Shown in pieces: positions 1-11,200 of a stretch of DNA of 64,000 nt. Each line of letters begins with the position of its first letter. The stretch's first letter is position 1. Position numbers and translations under genes: made by a program. A model generated the notes under the pieces. That model did no database searches. It worked only from the letters and a program-made list of their open reading frames with translations, and was not told where the DNA came from. The stretch is taken from assembly GCA_963664705.1 (NCBI GenBank), contig OY761556.1, positions 4,224,001 through 4,288,000 on the forward strand. Direction: 5' to 3'. Source of the stretch: Acidobacteriota bacterium. Its GTDB lineage: Bacteria > Acidobacteriota > UBA6911.

Positions 1-627
1 CTGATAGACCTCGCAGATCAATTGCATGTCCCCGTATTCAATTCCGTTATGGACCATTTTTACAAAATGGCCGGCACCATCCTCGCCCACCCAATCACAG
101 CACGGCGTGCCATCATCCAGCTTTGCGGCGATAGCCTGCAGGATCGGCTTTACATGAGGCCACGCGGCGGGAGACCCGCCAGGCATGATCGAAGGTCCGA
201 GCAGGGCACCTTCCTCCCCTCCCGAAACGCCGGTGCCGATGAAGAGCATGGATTTGGATTCGAGATATTTTGTCCGGCGAATAGTATCGGGAAAGTGCGA
301 ATTCCCTCCATCGATCAGGATGTCACCGGGATCAAGGAGCGGCAACAATTGCTCGATCAGTTCATCGACCGGTTTCCCCGCCTTTACCATCATCATGATC
401 TTGCGCGGAACCGCAAGAGAGCGTACAAACTCTTCGATGGTCGCAGAGCCGATGAAGTTCTTCCCGGCGCCGCGTCCGCCGGTAAACCGTTCAACCACTC
501 CTTCTTCCACGCCGGGCACTGTGCGGTTGTACACCGCTACCGTGAAGCCTTTGTCTTCCATATTGAGGGCAAGGTTTTCGCCCATAACCGCTAGCCCGAT
601 CATCCCGATATCCGCTTTGTCCTTCAT
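1..627 (-). CDS. gndA: NADP-dependent 6-phosphogluconate dehydrogenase, decarboxylating (5' part; runs off the window's left edge)
   Basis: Absent from the ORF track. The minus strand from ATG at 627 reads [36 protein letters not shown], the Gnd N-terminus (GLAVMG, YNRT). GGAGGA RBS at 631-636. Confidence 0.93.
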   Translation of the reverse strand, partial: MKDKADIGMIGLAVMGENLALNMEDKGFTVAVYNRTVPGVEEGVVERFTGGRGAGKNFIGSATIEEFVRSLAVPRKIMMMVKAGKPVDELIEQLLPLLDPGDILIDGGNSHFPDTIRRTKYLESKSMLFIGTGVSGGEEGALLGPSIMPGGSPAAWPHVKPILQAIAAKLDDGTPCCDWVGEDGAGHFVKMVHNGIEYGDMQLICEVYQ

Positions 628-695
628 GTTTCCTCCGGACGAATTTCAGATTTCCAATCTCAGACCTAAAATTTATTGCTCTATGTCCTGATCTT

Positions 696-2009
696 TTACC
701 TATTCCCGGCTTTGAATTCCGAATCCTGGTCTTTGATCGGCTCAAAACGATCTCGATGGGCCCAAAGGCCGAGTGCAGGATTGGAAATGAAAAAGATTTC
801 CTCGCCGCCTGGTAATCGATTGAACCCCTCGCTCAGCTTTTCCGGGTTGTATTTCTCCATCATTGCGTTCAGATCCGCATAACGGAAATGGACCGCTTCA
901 ATTTCCCTCCGGCTGAGTTTTCCGGGGCAATAAGTGATGCTGAACCGGCCTTCCGAGGATCCATGAATCAAGTGGGCAGCCGTTCCCAGGTTCTCGCTCA
1001 GATCCTGCTGCTCCCGGACCAGCCTCAATATTTTTGGCGTACCCACATATCCGTACTTGCGAATCAGCTGGTCAATTCGATCGTCTTCTCCGAATCTTGC
1101 AAGACCAGGAGCAAGAACAATAAGCTCGGCATTATCCGCAAGCGCCATCCTTGTTCTATAGATGCTTTTATTGCCGAGCCATGTGCTTTTGAATTCCGAA
1201 GGATCAAGGTATACGACCGCCTTCCGAATCGGAGTCTCAAGCATCTGAAAATTTACTTCTGCGGAAAGCTCCGCCGCTCGCCGGAAACACTCTACGTCAT
1301 CACCGATAAAGAGTCCTTTGATCGCAAGGTTTCCTCTCTCGTCCCTGGCAACCACCGTTAGAACATAAATGATCGGCAAATGGCGCGCATATCGCTCAGA
1401 AGCATAGTTAAAAACTTTTCGTACGGGAGTATCCGCGCGCCCCATCATGCGCTCCATCCCGTAGACGGCCCCGAGGAAATGTGTTTTGTTAATCCCCTCG
1501 GATCCTCCGGCCCCCACAAAGATATTCTTGTTATACCCGGCCATGCCGATCACTTCGTGCGGAACAATCTGTCCGATGGAAAGAATTAAGTCATGATTGC
1601 CTTCTCCGAGCAGTTGAGCAACCTGGATCGGGATGGAATAGTCTATTCGGCCCTCTGAGATCTCCTTTATGAAGGAACCCGGCACTTCTCCCAGCGTGGT
1701 CAATCCATCGCGCCAGTCGTGAACACGGAACAGTTCGCGCGGCACATTGCCAAACATGGTCCGGATCTCCTGATCCGTCATCGGAAAGTGCGTGCCGATG
1801 GCAGGCAGGACATCCACCAGCGATTCGCCATAGTATTCCCAGACCATTTCCGTCAGAAGTCCCGCCTGGGAATGGAATCTCGTGAAATCGGGGGGAACCG
1901 CAAGCACGCGCTTTTTCTTGCCTAGCTGTGCCAGGGCATCCGATAACGCCTGTCGGACGGCATGAGCAGACAACGTGCTATTTCGTGAACCACTGCTGAA
2001 ATAAATCAT
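696..2009 (-). CDS. LarA (lactate racemase / DUF2088) family epimerase, probably D-mannonate/D-gluconate 2-epimerase
   Basis: Motifs PPDFTR, AIGTH and PHEVIGMAGYNKNI fit the LarA superfamily. Substrate inferred from its position between uxaE and gnd. Confidence 0.75.
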   Translation of the reverse strand: MIYFSSGSRNSTLSAHAVRQALSDALAQLGKKKRVLAVPPDFTRFHSQAGLLTEMVWEYYGESLVDVLPAIGTHFPMTDQEIRTMFGNVPRELFRVHDWRDGLTTLGEVPGSFIKEISEGRIDYSIPIQVAQLLGEGNHDLILSIGQIVPHEVIGMAGYNKNIFVGAGGSEGINKTHFLGAVYGMERMMGRADTPVRKVFNYASERYARHLPIIYVLTVVARDERGNLAIKGLFIGDDVECFRRAAELSAEVNFQMLETPIRKAVVYLDPSEFKSTWLGNKSIYRTRMALADNAELIVLAPGLARFGEDDRIDQLIRKYGYVGTPKILRLVREQQDLSENLGTAAHLIHGSSEGRFSITYCPGKLSRREIEAVHFRYADLNAMMEKYNPEKLSEGFNRLPGGEEIFFISNPALGLWAHRDRFEPIKDQDSEFKAGNR

Positions 2010-2059
2010 TGAGGCCTGTTCCTGATCTGATTATCAATTATGATTTTCAGATCCCAGTT

Positions 2060-3316
2060 TCAGATTCCAAAAAGAGGTCTGATATGTCGCTCGAAAAGAT
2101 TCGTAGTAACATTTTCCTCAACAATCTTCTTGTTTTCGTTGATGAGTTCGGTCAAACGATCTTTCTTCTCGGCCGCAATTTTGAACCCGATGTGGAAAAG
2201 CTGGCGCAGATGGCGATTATACTTCGCACAGGATTGATCATGTCTCAGGGCAAGCACAAATTCTTCAGGCCCCCAGGAGGATACAATCTCAGGCGCCGGA
2301 AGTCTGGAGGGATCGATATCGATGATCGCGACATAAGGCTTGCACAGCGCTTCGCAGCGCACATAGGATTCCGCATAGATCTGTTTTGCAAATTCCAATC
2401 CGGCTCCGCCGGAGGCAGCAATACCAGCCAGTTCTTCCAGCCACGTGGTTCCCGCGGTTTTCAGATGAACCCCGGCGTCAACGTTGCGGATGGCCCTGCA
2501 TATCAAAGGATACAGGCTGAACTTATCGCTCCCGGTATGGATGCTCATCTTCAGGTTGCCCGGGAGTCCGAAATTCCTGACCGCATAGGCAATCACCGCC
2601 AGATCATCTGCAAAATCCCGGGCAAATTGCTGTGGGTCGCCGACATAATCCACTCCCTTCAGGAAAGCTCCAGGAAATTTTGGAGCAATCGTCTGGACCG
2701 GAACTCCTTCATGCGCCAGGCCTATCAGGATGAGCAATAATTCCACCGCAGTCTGCGGCGTGCGCGCCTCATCAAAGGAGACTTCCGTAACAAACCGGTC
2801 TGTATCCATCTTTTCCCGGATATGCCGGTACAAAACACCGGCATCTGCAATGCCGCTCAGGTAATTGGCGGCAAAACTCTCAAGAACCGCGTCGGTGATT
2901 TCCACTTGCCGGCTCAACCCCGGGATCGCGTGCGATCCCTTATGGGGAACCATGGCATTGAAATAAGCGGATTTCAAAGAGCCTTCGGCCGGCTTGCCGA
3001 TTGCATCGGCAATATCAATGGTGAAGAAGTCGGAACAGGGAAGATAGCCTTCCACGGTGGACATCGTAATGTGGTCCGCATCCACATAATAGGAGTCCTT
3101 CCACCCGGTGACCCGCACGGCGTCATCGGCTTCCACGCGGGTTGATTCCGGTGCGGTTCCCACAATCGCATGTTCACGATTCGATTTGTTCCACACCGGC
3201 ACAGCGCGGATTCCGGCTGCGGCCGCCTTCTGCAACGCTCTTAATTGCGCGGCGCCTTCCAACCCGAACCTGTCTCCAACTCCAAATGAATACTTTTCTA
3301 TTTGCATAGTCTCCAT
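2060..3316 (-). CDS. uxaE: Tagaturonate/fructuronate epimerase
   Basis: SFGVGDRFG, VDADH, MSIHTGSDKFS and HLKTAGTTWLEE motifs of the UxaE family. Start taken at ATG 3316 (alternative 3307). Confidence 0.85.
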   Translation of the reverse strand: METMQIEKYSFGVGDRFGLEGAAQLRALQKAAAAGIRAVPVWNKSNREHAIVGTAPESTRVEADDAVRVTGWKDSYYVDADHITMSTVEGYLPCSDFFTIDIADAIGKPAEGSLKSAYFNAMVPHKGSHAIPGLSRQVEITDAVLESFAANYLSGIADAGVLYRHIREKMDTDRFVTEVSFDEARTPQTAVELLLILIGLAHEGVPVQTIAPKFPGAFLKGVDYVGDPQQFARDFADDLAVIAYAVRNFGLPGNLKMSIHTGSDKFSLYPLICRAIRNVDAGVHLKTAGTTWLEELAGIAASGGAGLEFAKQIYAESYVRCEALCKPYVAIIDIDPSRLPAPEIVSSWGPEEFVLALRHDQSCAKYNRHLRQLFHIGFKIAAEKKDRLTELINENKKIVEENVTTNLFERHIRPLFGI

Positions 3317-3432
3317 TATACAATCGCGCCGTCTGACCGATACCCAAAAGAGCAAAGTGCCACGAATTTCGCAATGCGAAACGAAAACTGCCTGCAGCGC
3401 TCCAAGTTTCCGCTTTGCTCGCTCCCATCAAT

Positions 3433-5463
3433 TCATCGTGGCCCATAATGTGGCAATGGTTTCCCTGTCTCGTACGCACCCAAATCCGGCATTTTCCCCG
3501 CATAATCGTCGTTGATGGTCGGCAGCAGCATTCCCGCATCAATGGCCGCCGAGCCAGGGCGCAATCTGAAGTCGCACTCATCCGGCCGGTAGAGTCGTTG
3601 CGGATCATCCTTATCGGGTATTTTCACGTTTATGAAGACATCATAGTCAACCAGAACACTGTGTTTATCCTGTCCCGTGGCCTGGCTATATTCCGCCAGC
3701 GATCCATATTGCCGGGCTTCAAGCTTATTCGCATAATCAGCTAACCGGCCGAAAGGAGGTGATATCCACTCAAACGCCACCTTCCCTCCCGGCGACGGAT
3801 GAAATCCGTTGTAATCGGAACTGGAATAGTTGGTAAAGGTCGTCATGGTCAGTGCCGGATCAAACCAGCCATCGCTCAAAATCAGGTTGTTTCTATAATG
3901 AAGGTTGGAGGCCGAAGTCGTGCCATGCGCCGCCCCGATAAATGTATTCTGATACACCAGAATTCCGGAAGGCGTGTCGATGTACTTGATGGCTCCGCCG
4001 GTTGTCGTATTGTAAACGATGTTCCGGAATATATAGTTCGGCCCGCCAAAAATGGGCTGGGAACTCAGGCCTCCGCCTGTGGAATTGAAGCAGCGGTTCT
4101 GGAAAACGCGCGTATTTCGCGCGCTTCCATCGGACTCGATGCAGTTATCCGCGGTGTTGGAGATGTCATTATTATAGATATCGATCGACATCGGCACGCG
4201 GTCATCATTTGCGACAGCAGTTCCATCCGGGGCTGTGCCATCCGGATTACCATAGGTGGCCACCGTGATGCCATCATGCCATCCGCTGGCATAGTTGTGC
4301 GCCACCACATGTCCCTGCCCATACACCTTGACGGCATAATCCGAAGTAATCACGGCCGGAAAATTTTCAAATTTGCCCCACACTTCCTGCCACCACCAGC
4401 TCAGGAGCCGTTTCGGATCATGCCGGCCGATGAAGGTATTATCGGCAATAAAGAAGTTCTTCGAGCCCGACCAATCCGCCTGAACGCCGCGCCCGATATT
4501 TTCCAGCCGGCAGCGTTTCAAGGTAAAGCCGCTCGCCCCGATAATGTTTTTCTGGCCAACCAGGAAGGCAAGATTCGTATTCCTAACCGTAATCCCTTCG
4601 AAATAGTTGTAATCGGCCGCAAGCAGATTGAATAGGGTCTGGCACCCATCTCCGTCAAAAACGACTTCGCCGTCTCCAGCGGCTTTGATAACAATCGGTC
4701 GATCGCGGGTCCCTTTACTGGTCAGATAGTATGTGCCGTCAAACGGAGTCCCATAGGCAGCTTCATTCGGATAAAAGCCGCTATAATGAAAGCGGTTGTC
4801 TTTATAGAGTCCGGCGTGCACAAGGATCGTATCCCCGGCCTGGGCCCGCGGGCCAAAAGAATTCGCATGATCGGAGTGATTCGATCCCGCGTAATAGGCC
4901 GCCAATAGCCCGACAAAGGCGGGTTCCTGTTTGGGGCCTTTATACCCATACGGGTAGACATGATATACATGCCCTTCTTTGGCGGGTTGCGGCTCCGTGC
5001 GCGTACGTGCAAAGACCTTCTTTTCCGACGGACCTTTAACGCCATCCGGATCGGATAAAACAAACCGGCATTCATATTCGGTCCCGGGCTGCAGATTCAG
5101 AATGCTCCCCGAAAACATGTTGGGAACGGTATAGTGGAAGGGGCTGACATACCCTGTTCCGTCCGACGCCGGCGGTTTTGGGTATCCCGGGCCCACGGGA
5201 TCTCCAATCTGTTCATGCTGCAACCGCAGGAGAGGAAGCGCAGGACGCCATCGCGACTCCCCCTTCATCCTATAGGAAACCTCAACGCGCGCATTGCGAT
5301 TATCGTCTCCTGATATTCTCCAGTCAAAACCGAGTGCTGTCAGGGTGGGGGGCTCCACGGAGAAGCCTCCGGTGTTTGTCGAATTCTGTGCGCTGCGGGC
5401 TGCGCCTTGCAGTGCAAACATACAAACCAGCAACAGCAGGGTGCTCTGCCCTCTGACTTTCAT
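3433..5463 (-). CDS. Secreted right-handed parallel beta-helix protein with N-terminal Fn3-like domain (pectate lyase-like fold)
   Basis: Signal peptide, Fn3-like ILNLQPGTEYE, repeated IxNN/xFxN beta-helix coils, and a DFRL..SAAIDAG..PDLGAYE C-terminus. Start moved to ATG 5463. Confidence 0.7.
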   Translation of the reverse strand: MKVRGQSTLLLLVCMFALQGAARSAQNSTNTGGFSVEPPTLTALGFDWRISGDDNRNARVEVSYRMKGESRWRPALPLLRLQHEQIGDPVGPGYPKPPASDGTGYVSPFHYTVPNMFSGSILNLQPGTEYECRFVLSDPDGVKGPSEKKVFARTRTEPQPAKEGHVYHVYPYGYKGPKQEPAFVGLLAAYYAGSNHSDHANSFGPRAQAGDTILVHAGLYKDNRFHYSGFYPNEAAYGTPFDGTYYLTSKGTRDRPIVIKAAGDGEVVFDGDGCQTLFNLLAADYNYFEGITVRNTNLAFLVGQKNIIGASGFTLKRCRLENIGRGVQADWSGSKNFFIADNTFIGRHDPKRLLSWWWQEVWGKFENFPAVITSDYAVKVYGQGHVVAHNYASGWHDGITVATYGNPDGTAPDGTAVANDDRVPMSIDIYNNDISNTADNCIESDGSARNTRVFQNRCFNSTGGGLSSQPIFGGPNYIFRNIVYNTTTGGAIKYIDTPSGILVYQNTFIGAAHGTTSASNLHYRNNLILSDGWFDPALTMTTFTNYSSSDYNGFHPSPGGKVAFEWISPPFGRLADYANKLEARQYGSLAEYSQATGQDKHSVLVDYDVFINVKIPDKDDPQRLYRPDECDFRLRPGSAAIDAGMLLPTINDDYAGKMPDLGAYETGKPLPHYGPR

Positions 5464-5598
5464 ACCCACCCCCATCGGAAAACTTAGAATCTTTGAGCCC
5501 TTCAGGTTTACAATGGCTGCCTGTATCATCGGGTCACATTGATAGTCAGGCTATCCTATTACGAAACGTTGTGAAACGACCACACAGGAGTTAACAAA

Positions 5599-6918
5599 AT
5601 GGACGAGAAACTGACGCCGGAACTGAAACGGGAACAGCGGTTCGAACGGTGGTTGAATCCCCAGCACGTGCAGTTTTCAAATGAGCAATCAAAGGGGAAG
5701 TATCAGGCCAGGGTCAATCGGTTTATTAAGGCCATCAAGCTGGAAAAGCCCGACCGTGTACCGGTCATTCTGCCGGCGGGATCCTTTCCTCTCTATTATT
5801 CCGGGATGACGTTGAAAGAGGCAATGCACGACAATCAGCGCCTCATCCTGGCTTACCGGAAATTCCTGGCGGATTTTGAATCGGATACATTCAGCAGTCC
5901 CATGATGGTGGGTTCGTCAAAAGCATCAGAAATGATCAACGTGCTCAACCTGAAATGGCCGGGCCACGGATTGCCGGACAACGCCTCCATGCCGCAATTC
6001 GTTGAAGGCGAGTACATGAAAGCGGACGAATACGATCTATTCCTTGAAGATCTCAGCGACTTCTGCCTCCGCCGTTACCTCCCCCGCAGCATCGGAGCCC
6101 TTGCGCCGTTTGCGAACTTTTCCCCAACGCCATTCATTCTCGGGATGGCCAATCGATTCCTGACCCCTGCGGTCATGCCGCAAGTCCGGGCGGCCTACCA
6201 GGCTATCATTGACTATGGGATTGAAACGGCAAACTGGATGGGCCCGATGATGCAGTTCAATCATGAGGCCACGGCAGCAGGTTACCCGTCGTTTTTTGGC
6301 GGCCAGTCCCACGCCCCCTTCGATATTCTTGCGGACACGCTGCGAGGAACCAAAGGCATCCTCCTCGACATGTATCGCCAACCGGACAATATCCTGAAGG
6401 CCATGGACAAGATCGTCAAAATGAATATTGACGTCGGCCTGGATGGCATCAATATGTCCGGAGTTCCGCTCGTCTTCTTCGCCTTGCACAAGGGAGACGA
6501 TACGTTCATGTCCAGCAAACAATATCAGAAGTTCTACTGGCCGACCTTCCAGAAGGTCATCCTTGGACTGATTGAGGACGGTGCTGTTCCGCTGCTGTTT
6601 GCAGAAGGTAGATATGACAACCGCCTCGATATTATCAAGGACCTGCCACGCGGCAAGGTCATCTGGTATTTTGACCGGACCGACATGTTCCAAGCCAAAA
6701 AGGTGTTGGGAGATGTAGCCTGCATTTCCGGCAATGTGCCCGCATCGCTGCTGATCACGGGCACGCCTAAAGAGGTCAAGGAATACTGCAGGAAACTGAT
6801 TGAAGTTTGCGGCGAAGGCGGCGGCTTTATCCTGACCGGAGGCGCAAGCATTGATAAGGGCGATCCAAACAACCTGCGTGCGATGACCGAAGCAGCTATG
6901 GAATACGGGGTCTACTAG
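5599..6918 (+). CDS. Uroporphyrinogen decarboxylase / MtaA-CmuA methyltransferase-like family protein
   Basis: PDRVPV near the N-terminus; C-terminal ISGNVP..LLITGTPKEV..GGGFIL; AGGAG RBS. Confidence 0.75.
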   Translation: MDEKLTPELKREQRFERWLNPQHVQFSNEQSKGKYQARVNRFIKAIKLEKPDRVPVILPAGSFPLYYSGMTLKEAMHDNQRLILAYRKFLADFESDTFSSPMMVGSSKASEMINVLNLKWPGHGLPDNASMPQFVEGEYMKADEYDLFLEDLSDFCLRRYLPRSIGALAPFANFSPTPFILGMANRFLTPAVMPQVRAAYQAIIDYGIETANWMGPMMQFNHEATAAGYPSFFGGQSHAPFDILADTLRGTKGILLDMYRQPDNILKAMDKIVKMNIDVGLDGINMSGVPLVFFALHKGDDTFMSSKQYQKFYWPTFQKVILGLIEDGAVPLLFAEGRYDNRLDIIKDLPRGKVIWYFDRTDMFQAKKVLGDVACISGNVPASLLITGTPKEVKEYCRKLIEVCGEGGGFILTGGASIDKGDPNNLRAMTEAAMEYGVY

Positions 6919-6928
6919 AATCAAACAG

Positions 6929-6969
6929 TTCGTGGGGGCTCGCAGCGAACATCCGCGAATCCCCACGAA
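6929..6969. terminator. GC-rich inverted repeat between convergent genes (terminator or REP-like)
   Basis: ttcgtgggggctcgc...gcgaatccccacgaa pairs almost fully and lies just after the URO-D stop. Confidence 0.5.
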
Positions 6970-7156
6970 TCCCGGGTTCGCAAATCTGCCGTACCGAAGC
7001 GCCACCTACCGGGAAAAAGCAAGAAGGCCGAGGGAAACCGATCGGAAACCGGGCCATCGCTCAACCTGTCCCTTTGTATCGCGGAAGTAATTTCCATTGC
7101 CTCGAATTATGGGAATCTACCGATGCCGTTCCGGCATCGGCTATAAAGGAACTCCT

Positions 7157-8236
7157 TCACTGGAGCGGAGAAAGACAAAACATCGAGGCCGTCAATTGGC
7201 CTGTGATTCTGCGTATTTTCAATGTAGTCACGTCAACCGCGTATAAATTCCAATCCCCTTCGTGGGGAGACCGGAAAATGACCTCCTTGCCGTCAGGCGC
7301 AAAAACGGCATCCTTGGGTTCAATGGTTCCTCCGGTCAGATTCACGGTTCGGTTGTCATTCACATAAACCAGAGCCAACCCACCGGGCGATTGAACCAGG
7401 AGAGCCTTCCCATCAGGAGCCCAGGAAACCTCCTGCGCCGGCATCATCCCCACATGTTTCCTGTTCGTACCATCCGCATTGACAACGCAGGCGGATGAAA
7501 CGCCCCCTTCCGCTTGAGGAGAAATGCTGATGTAGGCAATCCGATTTGAATCCGGGGACCAAACCGGTTTGATATCGATGGCCTGCGATTCCTCATCCAC
7601 ACGCTTCGAATGACGTCCGTCGAGACTCACAAGGTAAATTTCCGTGCTCTGTTCATTGCCAAAACTGAGCGCCAGGCGCGTCCCATCCGGCGAAAACGAT
7701 CCATAGCAGTTTTGACCAAACCCGGTAACGCGTTTCTTTTCACCCGTCCGCAGATTGACCAGATAGGCGGCGCTCATTGGAGGTCTCTTCGCACTCACTA
7801 CATCCAAATCATCATGCGCCGGGTCTTCATAAGCTGAGACCACCAGCAACTGCCGGCTGTCCGGTGACCATTCGAAACGGCTGACAGGAAAATCGAGAAG
7901 GCGATTGCGGTTAGCTCCTGATGCATCCATCCAATACAGGGGAAGATGCATGGGCATGCGATACTTGGTCAGCATCTGGGAATCCTCATGCCGGGCGGCA
8001 AAAAACAGAATCTTTTTCCCATCAGGAGACCAGGAGGAGGTTCGCAACTGGGCAGTCGCATCCGACGTCACGAGTTTCCCCCCCGTGGTGTCGGAATTGA
8101 TCACAAAGATGCCATGCTGTCCGGACCGGGCGGGGACCAGCGCGATTTTGTATTCGTCCTTTTTTCGGGAAACGGGAGAACAAGACAGAAGAAAAGTCAG
8201 TCCGGCCAAAGCCAGGCAGAACTTCAGTTTGGTCAT
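7157..8236 (-). CDS. TolB-like PD40 beta-propeller lipoprotein
   Basis: Lipobox LLSC; repeated WSPDG/FSPDG/WAPDG units. Confidence 0.8.
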   Translation of the reverse strand: MTKLKFCLALAGLTFLLSCSPVSRKKDEYKIALVPARSGQHGIFVINSDTTGGKLVTSDATAQLRTSSWSPDGKKILFFAARHEDSQMLTKYRMPMHLPLYWMDASGANRNRLLDFPVSRFEWSPDSRQLLVVSAYEDPAHDDLDVVSAKRPPMSAAYLVNLRTGEKKRVTGFGQNCYGSFSPDGTRLALSFGNEQSTEIYLVSLDGRHSKRVDEESQAIDIKPVWSPDSNRIAYISISPQAEGGVSSACVVNADGTNRKHVGMMPAQEVSWAPDGKALLVQSPGGLALVYVNDNRTVNLTGGTIEPKDAVFAPDGKEVIFRSPHEGDWNLYAVDVTTLKIRRITGQLTASMFCLSPLQ

Positions 8237-8281
8237 AATTACTCCTCACCCGCACACTGCCGGGAGGCTCTGTTCATTGGA

Positions 8282-11200
8282 TCATTGATGCAGAACCACT
8301 GTCGCCTTGCGCTCAACCCTGGCCCAACCAACCGCGCCGCCGCGAATAGCAGCAAGCATGGATTTAATGGCAATGTAATACATGACCTGTCGGTACAGAA
8401 GGCGCTGCCAAAGCAACCAGAACAGCAATTTCCAATCCTCTTTCCGTTCCAAGGCAAATGCCACAATACAGGAAAGGTAATCTATCGCAAGAAACATCAG
8501 GTAATAGCCGGCCAGCCGCAGAAGATTTGAGCTGCTATATGAATTGCCGTGATAGTAGCGCTGCAGCTGGTAAATGCCGACGGACATCAGGACCAGCAGG
8601 TCCATCAATGGCGAAATTAACGGAAACAGCAATTGAAAGATCACAATATTGGGAAGTGCGATGAATCCCAGGGAGCCATAGCGGCGACGAAACAACGTGT
8701 CGCGGTGCTTCCAGACGGATTGAAGCGTTCCGAAACTCCAGCGGAATCGCTGTTTCAGGAAGTTGCGAAGGCTATGCGGCGCCTCGGTATACGCAATAGC
8801 TTTATCCTCGTAAGCAATGTCGTATCCCATACGGCGAATGGCAATTGTCAAATCCGTATCTTCGGCAAGCGTGTCATTGGTAAATCCGCCGGCTTTCAAT
8901 ACCAGCTCACGCCGCCAGGCCCCAATGGCGCCGGGAACAACAGTAATGCAGTTGAGTGCATCGAATGCACGCCGGTCCAGGTTTTGCGAGGTGATGTACT
9001 CCAGCGCCTGCCAGCGTGTAAGCATATTGATCCTGTTCCCGACCTTGGCATTGCCGGCCACCGCTCCTACTTCCTGCACCTCAAAGCGTCGTACCAACTT
9101 CTGGATTGTGTCCTTCTGGAAGAGCGTGTCTGCATCCATGGCGATCACAATGTCCGCCCTGGACTGGCTGATCCCATAATTCAGCGCTTCCGCCTTCCCC
9201 TGGTTCTCCCGCTGGAACAAACGCACGCGAGGATCTCCACCGAATGCGCGTTTGACTTCGGCTCCCGTAGCATCGGTTGAGCCGTCATCGACCACAATGA
9301 CTTCAAAGCTGGGATATTCGGAATGCAGCAGTGCGGCAAGGGTCCGGACAATTACCTTTTCTTCATTGCGAGCCGGGACAATGACGCTGACAAAGGGAGT
9401 GAATGAATCATTATAGCGTTCCCGATGACGAATGATCTCCTCGATCAGGGCAAGCGTTCCAATAAAAACGAATCGGCCAATGCCAAAAATGATGCCGATA
9501 ATAAACAGCCACTGGAAAGTCCTGTTTAGCGCCCCGAACAGCCAGAATGCAATCAGATCAAGGCGCGCTCTCCACAAATCGGAACTCGGAATAGGAGGCA
9601 TTACCTGGGCTCGAGTACGGCCGATCAAAGAGGCCAATGATACGATTTCGTATCCGCGCTTGCGCAGTTCGGTGATAATCCTCGGCAGGGCTTGCACGGT
9701 TGCAGACCGGTCCCCTCCAGCGTCGTGCAAAAGAAGGACATTCCCGCGGGTCGCATCGCTGAGCGTCGCTTCGACGATGCGATCGGGATCGCGAACATAC
9801 TCCCAATCTCGCGCATCGGGACGCTCCCCCACCAGCAGGTACCCCATCGCCTGGGCAACTTCCAACAACTGTACTTCGGAAGGCACCTCCGGTTCGGAGT
9901 CGAGGCTGTAGGGAGGCCGGAAGTACAGCGACTGAATCCCCAAGCGAGATTCAAACAGGCGTTGCGTGAGATTCAACTCGATTTCAACCTGCCGCACGGA
10001 ACTGCCATCGATGTTTGGATGCGTGAAGGTGTGGTTCCCTATCTCATGTCCTTCAGCAATCATCCTTTTGACCAGTCCGATATTCTCTTCCGCTGCCAGT
10101 CCGACCAGAAAAAAAATGCCGGGCGCCTTGTACTCCTTCAAAATATCAAGAATTTGCGGAGTGTACCGCGGATCAGGTCCATCATCGAACGAGATTGCCA
10201 TTTTCTTTGGGTGCCGGCCGTGGCGATCGAGCAGATACCCAAGGGGAATCCTGGGGAATGCTTCATCGGTAATCAAATTCAAATCCGGATTGAGCCTGAA
10301 GGTTCGCTGGCCCGTCCTGGGCGTTTCTTCGATACGGAGAAGCTCGCCATACCCGTTAAAGTCGATATCGTAGCCATAGGTAAGCAGCTTCATACGCTCG
10401 GCAACTTTTTCTTCCGTGTCGAACCGGCTGAAGACATGCCATGCGCTTGGATCCTCCAATCCGAGTCGCCACAAAGCATAGCCGCGCGGGGAAAATTTCT
10501 TTGTTTCCGAAATCTGGTTATAAATTGTAACTCCGTCCAGAAACCATACGTGATGAATCCGACGGTGTTCATCGTAGTAGTCGAACGTGGGGTTTAACGT
10601 ATCCGGATCCATTTCCGGATTGGCATCCGATTCCGCAGCGGTTCGCATAGCCTGCTGAAACGAGAGCGGAATGGATTCATATTTCTTGCCGCCCAATTCC
10701 GTCCAGTCATACCCATAGTTGGCCAGAGCAATGACCAGTTTGTTGGACGGAATGTCCTCGAGCCGTTTCTGAACGTTCTTCAGAAACCAGTCCTGAGGAG
10801 CCACCGGACCGGGAGGAGATGTTTCCCAATGCAAATCGTAATTCATCAGTACGATGAAATCGTTGACGCCCGCATAGTACTTGTAGTCAAAATCCGGAGA
10901 TGCCGCCGGAAGATCCTGGGAGACAAGAAGGTTTTGCGCGCGACACGCTTCATACAGTTCGCGCATAAAGGTACGCAAATGCGGCTGAGTGGCGCGCGGA
11001 ATATCCTCAAAATCGACGTTCACGCCAAGATAGCCATTCCTTTTCAGATACAGAGTGACATTTTCTATGAGCCGCCGTCTCGAATCGGGAGAGGCAAGAA
11101 CCTGTGCGACCAGGTTGCCCTGCCACACCTGCCCATTGAAGTTATTCAGGAGGGGCATGATCTTCACATCAATCTGCTCCCGCTTGATAAAATCGCGGAC

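Noticed and set aside
7040-7066. gggccatcgctcaac resembling a 23S rRNA segment
   Set aside because: Only about 15 nt match and the flanks are not rRNA-like; treated as chance.
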